NCBI GenBank assembly: GCA_000002435.2
Contig: CM018792.1
Reading direction: 5' to 3' (one strand)
DNA length: 64,000 bases
Source of the DNA: Giardia intestinalis
Lineage: Eukaryota
In this document: positions 57,965 through 64,000 of the stretch, in pieces
How positions within the stretch are numbered: the stretch's first letter is position 1
How the letters are laid out: every line of letters begins with the position of its first letter
Position numbers and translations under genes: made by a program
The notes under the pieces: model-generated
Database searches by the model: none
The model's input: the letters and a program-made list of their open reading frames with translations, nothing else
Told to the model about the DNA's origin: nothing

Positions 57965-60404
57965 GCAAAGGCGACTAGGCGCCAAATTGACATGCTTCGT
58001 CGTGCAGAAATATGATTTAGAGAATCAAATCTTTGTTATAACGCTGCAGTCATGCGCCGTGACCAAGCTTCCACAAGACCTTGGAGGCGTAGCTGTTTCG
58101 TCTTTGGGAAATACATTTGCAGTGCATCATTGCATGCTTCTGGAGTCCGCCGGAGCACTATCACGAGATTTGTTGGCCCTTTGCTCCAGCGAAACAGCTC
58201 CTGTGCTCACCCTTTCCATCTTATCTATCTACGCTTCTGCAGAGTCAGACGTGGCAAAGCTCGTCAAATCCGCATCCAGCAAGTGTTATGCGCCTGCTTC
58301 TGGTGACGCGGAGATGCCACTACTCGATTGTTCTTCAAATTCCCCCATCTGGCCAATCGGCCCACTTCTGATCTTTCACCCGCATATTACTCTGTCACCG
58401 ACTAGCCTACCTAGCTTTTCGGCCATGGATTGCATCTTCTCTTTTTTCTCCTTTGCCAAGCCCACTACCTACCCTATGCACCTCGGTACTGTTTTGCACA
58501 ATGTCGTACAGTCAAAATTTGTTACTGAAGCAACAAGAGCCAAAACGAGTGACCAGTTAGCTATGCTCAAGGCGGCATGGATTGAACTGGAGCTAGAACC
58601 AGACGAGTTACCGGGCGTAATATCCGCTTCAAAGATTCCCGCTAGCATGAAAGTACCTTACAGCCCTGCCTCTATGAAAGACAAGATACTGTATGAACTG
58701 TTGAAGAACGAGCCTGTCATCTCACTGCAAAACAATGACTTAGAATTCATAGACGAGCGCGCGGCCATTGACACGGTATCTAAGTTAGCATGCGATGCTG
58801 CTTCAACTCGTGAAGCTTTGCAGGCCAGGCATGTTGAGTATTTTGTAGAGAAGCATATTGCCTCCACTGACTTGGGAATGCAGGGAAAGATTGACCTTTT
58901 CGGATTGCTAAAGTGCGAAGAGACAGGAGAGATTCAGAGGAAGGACATAATAGAATTAAAGACTACTAGCACAAGCGGTGCGAAAAGAGAGGCACACTTT
59001 ATGCAAGCATGCACGTACTTCTACGCCACATGCCTCGAGCAAAAAGCTGCCAGCGACACTCTGCTAGGTTGTGATGTGATTGGTATTAAGCAGGGTAGGT
59101 TTTGTCGCCCGTTTCAGTTATTTGGGACTCAGAAATTTGTTACATGTGCAGAACTAGCCAAGAAACAGCCACACAATCCTCTGTTCTACTTTCTGCAATT
59201 ATACACGGTGTTCAGGGTCACATACTTGCTCCTTCTGGAGCTCTCTGTGTACCTTGTCACTATGGTCAATGCCGAAGAGTGTTGTATAGATTCGCAACAA
59301 TTCTTTGACATACTACGCAAGCACGAACCAAAATATCTCCGCACACAAGCAGATAATGCATCATTCTTGAGATTCCTCTTCACGCCAGGAGGTCTAAAGT
59401 CTACCACCATGACATCTATACGGAAGGAGCTTGTGTCTGCCCTTCTGGGAACATATCACCACATTACTGGCGATTCTCTAACTCCCCTAGCTGTTCTTAG
59501 CCATTTCCACACGGTCAGAGTAGGGAACTGCTACTACTCTTTCGTTCATCTGAAATCAGGCTCTCTAACTGTGACCGATATGTATCGTTTGCGTTTCCTT
59601 GTTACTACACACGTATCCTCCAGCCCGTCACTCGATCAAGCACATTGTGTGGTTTCTAATATACTTATGCGAGTGCTAGCATGCGGCTCTTCCTCACAAA
59701 TGTACAGTCAAATTGCTCTTTTGGAATCCTCCTATGATCTTTCGTCAGTGTACAGCCCACCCGTTTCTGAGGTTGTTGGAGTTTGGGCTGCCTATCCCCT
59801 ACTTCCCAATGGCACTGTGGCCGGCCGCTCTCTATCCATTCTCATGTCGAGTCCTATGCTCCGTCAACTTTCGTTTGAGGAGATTATAGATGCGATCGAT
59901 CAGAAGCTATTGACGCTGGAGCGTTCCGTGCAGCACTGCCCTCTTAAGTTCTTGGAGGATGCTGTTAAAGGCCCATTCTACAATGACTCCATCTTGCTCC
60001 TAGTCAATAAAGAAGACGCACATAAATTGCCAACAGATCTGCTAGCTGTATTCGCTAGACGAGGAATTTGCACTGTCCCTGGTTCAGATTGGCCGGCGAA
60101 GTTTTCTGATGCAGAGCTTGTTAGCGTGATAACCCGACAGATCAGTCCTGCAGATTTATTCAGCAGCGTAACCTCAAAATGCACGGCATTCTCCAACTCA
60201 CTAACAAAGATGGCTGCTGTTGCCCCAATGGATTTACTGGATCTACCTATTCTGCGTCAAAGCTACGGAACGATATATGTATTCATAGACTTTTCTAATT
60301 CACAAGGCACAGATATGCTGAATTACGCCGCAGTGTACAACGATTTCTATGCCGTCCTTGCTACGCTTCCTGAATATAAAAGAGTATTCTTCATATGTTC
60401 TTGA
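57963..60404 (+). CDS. Hypothetical protein containing a PD-(D/E)XK nuclease domain of the RecB/Cas4/Exo5 type. Its start is uncertain.
   Basis: The nuclease motifs lie at about nt 58800-59110: 'GKIDLFGLL' (motif II Asp), 'DIIELKTT' (motif III E-x-K) and 'HFMQACTYFYA' (QxxxY), followed by a Cys cluster. The track start at 57798 lies inside the upstream gene. Candidate ATGs are at 57963 and 58134. Confidence 0.4.
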   Translation: MQRRLGAKLTCFVVQKYDLENQIFVITLQSCAVTKLPQDLGGVAVSSLGNTFAVHHCMLLESAGALSRDLLALCSSETAPVLTLSILSIYASAESDVAKLVKSASSKCYAPASGDAEMPLLDCSSNSPIWPIGPLLIFHPHITLSPTSLPSFSAMDCIFSFFSFAKPTTYPMHLGTVLHNVVQSKFVTEATRAKTSDQLAMLKAAWIELELEPDELPGVISASKIPASMKVPYSPASMKDKILYELLKNEPVISLQNNDLEFIDERAAIDTVSKLACDAASTREALQARHVEYFVEKHIASTDLGMQGKIDLFGLLKCEETGEIQRKDIIELKTTSTSGAKREAHFMQACTYFYATCLEQKAASDTLLGCDVIGIKQGRFCRPFQLFGTQKFVTCAELAKKQPHNPLFYFLQLYTVFRVTYLLLLELSVYLVTMVNAEECCIDSQQFFDILRKHEPKYLRTQADNASFLRFLFTPGGLKSTTMTSIRKELVSALLGTYHHITGDSLTPLAVLSHFHTVRVGNCYYSFVHLKSGSLTVTDMYRLRFLVTTHVSSSPSLDQAHCVVSNILMRVLACGSSSQMYSQIALLESSYDLSSVYSPPVSEVVGVWAAYPLLPNGTVAGRSLSILMSSPMLRQLSFEEIIDAIDQKLLTLERSVQHCPLKFLEDAVKGPFYNDSILLLVNKEDAHKLPTDLLAVFARRGICTVPGSDWPAKFSDAELVSVITRQISPADLFSSVTSKCTAFSNSLTKMAAVAPMDLLDLPILRQSYGTIYVFIDFSNSQGTDMLNYAAVYNDFYAVLATLPEYKRVFFICS

Positions 60405-60423
60405 TTCCTAATTAATCTCTTGC

Positions 60424-62958
60424 TTATCCCACGCCCTTATATGCCCTTATCACCTCTGCAGAGCGGACTTTGTTGTGCTTTACGGCATACTCGAGCATGG
60501 TCAGACCATCGTGGGTACGCAGTGATCCCTCTTTGTCCATGAGGAGTTTAATGCACTCTTCCTGCTCGTTCATAATGGCTAGCATAAGCGCTGTCTCGTT
60601 CTTCCAATTCCGCATCTTAGCCTCGGCAAGCAACAAGCGCACGCACGCTGAGTGGCCGTTACCAGCTGCGCTCATGAGTGCGGTATACTTTGCCTTGTTG
60701 GCCATCTTTATCTCTTCTTTAAGGAGAGGAATGCACTCTGACTTTCCATAAAATGCCGCCTTCATGAGTGCAGTCCATCCTTTACTATCTGTCTGCTTCT
60801 TTTCATATATATGTTGTTTAACACCACAAACTGAGCCTATTCTTGCTGCTTCCATCAAATTTGTCGTTCCCTCATTGTTCTTGTTCTGTCCCAAGCCTCT
60901 GATATATTCCAACGGTGGATCATAGACAGTCAGTCTCATGTGTGTCTCCTCGGTAGGTGAGCCTCTGCTGTTCTCTTCCCTAGTAGATGCATTTTCATTA
61001 TTCAATGTTGTGCTAGAGTATTCCCTAACAAGCTCTAGTAAATCTGTATTTTCGAGATTCTCCGCTATTATAAGGGGAGACGTTCCGTCGGAAAGGGTTA
61101 TCATCGCCTCACGCTTTGCCAAGGCCCTCACCCCATCAATATTATTTCTTTGCAATGCAAGCATCAAGGCACTATATCCATTAACATCAGTCATTCCTGA
61201 CTCAGCATCCAGTAGGACGTTGATTAGCTCACTCATTCCCCGTTCACAGGCATACATAAGCGCCGTTCTCCCATCACTATCCTGTATCTTCGATTCAAAG
61301 TCAGCAAGTACTCTAGCTACGTCTACATGTCCATTCAAAATGGCAAGCATTAGCGCAGTCTTCCCATCGTGTCGCTGGAGTCTGTACTCGCCCAACAAGT
61401 AGCTCAACGCCTCACTATTCCCTGTCTCGGCAGCTATCATCAGAGCAGTGGTGTTATCTGCTTTTCTCTGTTTCAACTGCGAGATATTACTGAGAAGAGC
61501 AGGCATGTTTCTGTTTCGTACGGCGATCATGAGGGCGGTGTCATCGCTAACTGCAGTGCTTTCTAGTTCTGACTCCAGCGCTGGTGAGGCTGCCAAGTGG
61601 GATGAGGACTGGAGCTTCTCCTCGGGCTGCTGAGAGTAAGCCTTGTGTACAGAAAGATAGATCATCATTGCCATCTGATTACAGATTTGATGTATCTGCT
61701 TGAAAACGTCAGAGCTTGCAGGGCTACAGATTCCTACATCGTCCATGCTTCCAGGCTTAGGAATCTGCAACGGGAACTGCACTGGTATTTGCATTGGCAT
61801 TGACATCTGCACAGGCATCTGCACAGGCATTGGCATAGGGATTGATGTGGAAATCGGGAGAGATTGTACATTACGGGGAGAGTTGAAGGTTGGGACGAGG
61901 TTTTGGTCCTGGTCATGAGCGATGTGCATATTGAGTCCTGGAGGCTGCAAATCTTGCATCTGAGAAAACAGCGGTGGGGCTGAAGAATAGATCATCGGCA
62001 GGCTTTGCTGTGATTTTGGCGTAAAGGTTGACTGTTTTGGACTGAGGAGAAAAGACCCTGGATTCCTTTGGGGGCCATGCAACTCGTTTGCGAGTGTGTC
62101 TTTTATTCTCGGATGAGAACGTAACTGTGAGATAGTGCTTCGCATGTTGACAGATATGTATAGACAGTTCTTAATTAATTCAAGGAGCTCATTGCTATAA
62201 TGTTCTAGGCCGTGCAGTGTAGAGAGATCTAGGGGTTCATTGGAGGCCCTTGGGTCAATGACAGATAGAGGTTCAAGCAGAGTGCACATGGTAAGGAGAA
62301 TACATCCAAGTGACCACGCATCTGCAGCCGGACCATAGGCTGCCCCGGCTAGCAGTTCTGGTGCAATGTATATCCGAAGGCTTTCAGAGCTGTAGTCGCC
62401 AAGCAAGCGCGTAGCGCTAAAATTGTCTATCTTAATTATGTCGTCTTCTGTGAGCAAAATGTTTGAAGGTCTAAGGCACCGGTAGCTCTTTATAGAACAG
62501 TATTGTGGAGTAAGGTGAGTGTGCAAATATTCTAGTACAAATACTATGACAGCCGCAACGCGCCATATAAAGTCTTCACGTATAATTCGTCTACTGGCTT
62601 TATGATTAATAACCATGTCTTGTACTGAGCCCAGAGAGCAGTATTCAGACTCCAAATAGACCTTATCTCCCATGCTTCCCTTGTGAATAGCTTTGTAACG
62701 CACGATATTTGGGCAAGTAAGCTCTTTGATAGCGGTAACATAGCCCTCCAAAAGGTCTATTTGGTCCGAAGAAAGATTTGAGAGATCAACCTCCTTCAAA
62801 ATAACGGGGCATCCTTGGTCCACTTTAATTGCAAGATATGTTTTCCCTGCCGTGCTAGACCCAACACATTGAATACTAGCAAAGCGGTCGCCCAGCGGAT
62901 GGAAATCTATCGACATATTCTCCTTCATTTTTTTTCGATACGAGGATTTAGAAGTCAT
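60424..62958 (-). CDS. NEK-type kinase-like domain fused to ankyrin repeats, and a predicted pseudokinase
   Basis: The ATG was verified. The kinase fold is recognisable ('YLAIKV', 'YIAPELL', 'AWSLGCIL'). However HRD has become 'YRCLRPSN' and DFG has become 'IDNFS'. A Pro/Met/Gln-rich linker follows, and then at least eight ankyrin repeats ('TALMIAAETGNSEALSYLL' and others). Confidence 0.65.
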   Translation of the reverse strand: MTSKSSYRKKMKENMSIDFHPLGDRFASIQCVGSSTAGKTYLAIKVDQGCPVILKEVDLSNLSSDQIDLLEGYVTAIKELTCPNIVRYKAIHKGSMGDKVYLESEYCSLGSVQDMVINHKASRRIIREDFIWRVAAVIVFVLEYLHTHLTPQYCSIKSYRCLRPSNILLTEDDIIKIDNFSATRLLGDYSSESLRIYIAPELLAGAAYGPAADAWSLGCILLTMCTLLEPLSVIDPRASNEPLDLSTLHGLEHYSNELLELIKNCLYISVNMRSTISQLRSHPRIKDTLANELHGPQRNPGSFLLSPKQSTFTPKSQQSLPMIYSSAPPLFSQMQDLQPPGLNMHIAHDQDQNLVPTFNSPRNVQSLPISTSIPMPMPVQMPVQMSMPMQIPVQFPLQIPKPGSMDDVGICSPASSDVFKQIHQICNQMAMMIYLSVHKAYSQQPEEKLQSSSHLAASPALESELESTAVSDDTALMIAVRNRNMPALLSNISQLKQRKADNTTALMIAAETGNSEALSYLLGEYRLQRHDGKTALMLAILNGHVDVARVLADFESKIQDSDGRTALMYACERGMSELINVLLDAESGMTDVNGYSALMLALQRNNIDGVRALAKREAMITLSDGTSPLIIAENLENTDLLELVREYSSTTLNNENASTREENSRGSPTEETHMRLTVYDPPLEYIRGLGQNKNNEGTTNLMEAARIGSVCGVKQHIYEKKQTDSKGWTALMKAAFYGKSECIPLLKEEIKMANKAKYTALMSAAGNGHSACVRLLLAEAKMRNWKNETALMLAIMNEQEECIKLLMDKEGSLRTHDGLTMLEYAVKHNKVRSAEVIRAYKGVG
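61735..61900 (-). repeat. Imperfect short tandem repeat (10-12 nt units such as 'ggcattg' and 'ctgcacaggcat') that encodes a (P/M/V/Q)-rich linker
   Basis: It encodes 'PMPMPVQMPVQMSMPMQIPVQFPLQIP' in the kinase gene. The + strand antisense ORF reads 'GICTGICTGIGIGID'. Confidence 0.4.
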
Positions 62959-63015
62959 TCGTTAGGTTGTCTCTTCTGTCTCAGGCTACCTTCTTTTCCT
63001 CTACCTCAGCAATCC

Positions 63016-63498
63016 ATGGAGCAGTGGTATGAAAAAGCAGTCGCAAATCTGACAAGACAACCATACTACAGTAAGGCAGTCAGCCTGGTCCACTCGGCTA
63101 ACTATGCCGATACCCTGTTCATAAATCAGTGTGCCTCCGCTGTTGACGGGCTGCGCACCAGGGGGAATAGTTATAGTAGAGACCGTGTCTCTGGAGCACC
63201 TTCTTTCGTTGTCGTCGTTGGGACGGGAAGGGTTGCCCAGCTAGTACTGAAAGACGTCCTGCTGCCCAAGCAAGTACCAATTAGAGTGTTGTCACTAGGG
63301 CGTGATACAGTTCACTCTGAGCGGATTGCAGAGCTTGGGATTCTCGTCACCACCGATCTCAATGTCCTACTGACAGCAGAGCTGATTCTACTGTGTCTTC
63401 CTGCCGTTGATGCCGCAACCATCGAAGCCCACATAGCCAATTTTGGCCTGGAAGACAAGGTTGTTCGCTTCACTTGCTCCGACAGGGCCACTTTATGA
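63016..63498 (+). CDS. Small protein with a Rossmann-like NAD(P)-binding motif, speculatively the N-terminal domain of a P5C-reductase or F420-oxidoreductase
   Basis: The first ATG in the track ORF that clears the divergent kinase gene was used. The motif is 'SFVVVVGTGRVAQLV...ELILLCLPAVDAATI'. This is weak evidence and the ORF may be spurious. Confidence 0.25.
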   Translation: MEQWYEKAVANLTRQPYYSKAVSLVHSANYADTLFINQCASAVDGLRTRGNSYSRDRVSGAPSFVVVVGTGRVAQLVLKDVLLPKQVPIRVLSLGRDTVHSERIAELGILVTTDLNVLLTAELILLCLPAVDAATIEAHIANFGLEDKVVRFTCSDRATL

Positions 63499-63501
63499 AC
63501 G

Positions 63502-64000
63502 ATGCCGTCCTTCCAGAAAGGAATTATCAGAAACGAAAAATTCACTCTTGACAACTTCCGTTCGCTCATGCCCAAGCCCATACGGTACTATACGACCTTT
63601 AGAAACACTATTTGGACCGTCCTTCAAGAGAGGGGATGGGAGCAAGTGTCCAATGACACAGACGATTGGAACTTTATCTGGGCCTCTGTGGAATGGATTA
63701 GCGAGCGCTTTGATTACAGCCATGTTCCTGACACTAAATTCGTTAATCACTTTCGCAATTTCTACATCCTAACCAGGAAGGATCTCATGGCCAAAAATTT
63801 GAAGGCCGCTCGAAGGAACCTTTTAAAGTACAACTTGCATGAACTTGGTGATCTTTTTGACTTTGTTCCGGCCAATTTTATTCTCCCTATGGAGTTCGGC
63901 ATGATCACCGAGTTCAATCGTAAGCAAACTACCAAGCCCTTATACATTGTCAAGCCGTCCTGCAGGGCTCAGGGCAAAGGAATATTTATATGCGGCTACT
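63502..64000 (+). CDS. Tubulin-tyrosine-ligase-like (TTLL) protein, 3'-partial because it runs off the window
   Basis: This is absent from the ORF track because there is no stop inside the window. Frame 1 from the ATG at 63502 reads 'MPSFQKGIIRNEKF...DDWNFIWASVEW...VNHFRNFYILTRKDLMAKNL...FDFVPANFILP...KPLYIVKPSCRAQGKGIFI', which are the canonical TTL-domain motifs. Confidence 0.65.
   Translation, partial: MPSFQKGIIRNEKFTLDNFRSLMPKPIRYYTTFRNTIWTVLQERGWEQVSNDTDDWNFIWASVEWISERFDYSHVPDTKFVNHFRNFYILTRKDLMAKNLKAARRNLLKYNLHELGDLFDFVPANFILPMEFGMITEFNRKQTTKPLYIVKPSCRAQGKGIFICGY

Noticed and set aside
63443-63772. A 109-aa plus-strand ORF, together with the 63312..63581 - and 63493..63750 - ORFs
   Set aside because: These are alternative frames overlapping the TTLL gene, whose frame-1 translation has clear TTL-domain motifs.
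1-64000. A prokaryotic, operon-type interpretation of the window
   Set aside because: The gene content is unmistakably eukaryotic, and specifically Giardia-like: VSP, ankyrin/NEK, SNARE, RhoGDI, TTLL and histone-fold proteins. Genes are monocistronic, with AT-rich mini-promoters and AGTRAAY polyadenylation signals.

Overview
This window is a compact, intron-poor eukaryotic region, almost certainly from Giardia intestinalis (lamblia). The assignment rests on several features read directly from the sequence. There is a long Cys-rich surface protein with CXXC motifs, a GGCY motif, a C-terminal transmembrane helix and the invariant VSP tail CRGKA. There are several 'protein 21.1'-type ankyrin-repeat proteins with coiled-coil tails. 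There is a NEK-type kinase fused to ankyrin repeats. AGTRAAY polyadenylation signals follow some stop codons, and genes are separated by very short AT-rich spacers. About 30 genes are packed on both strands. Many are long coiled-coil, Ser-rich or ankyrin proteins with no assignable function. Recognisable products are a syntaxin (Qa-SNARE), RhoGDI, an amino-acid transporter, a histone-fold (NF-YC/NC2-like) protein, a WD40 protein, a cathepsin L-like cysteine protease, an EGF-like high-cysteine membrane protein, a 3'-partial tubulin-tyrosine-ligase-like gene and a 5'-partial protein kinase. The most unusual content falls in four places. (1) A VSP gene carries about 16 nucleotide-identical 222-bp tandem repeats. 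(2) A 1.75-kaa protein has a P1B-type ATPase core in which every catalytic motif is degenerate. (3) An 868-aa hypothetical protein carries RecB/Cas4-type PD-(D/E)XK nuclease motifs. (4) An abrupt switch to GC-rich DNA at about 38.73 kb coincides with a 5'-truncated DEAD-box-helicase-like ORF, and the GC-rich block also holds the cathepsin, the EGF-like protein and the VSP. The supplied ORF track uses GTG/TTG as start codons, so several track starts are over-extended; I trimmed them to the first ATG where I could verify it. The many long antisense or overlapping ORFs inside GC-rich or repeat DNA are treated as artefacts. No rRNA, tRNA or CRISPR array could be supported.
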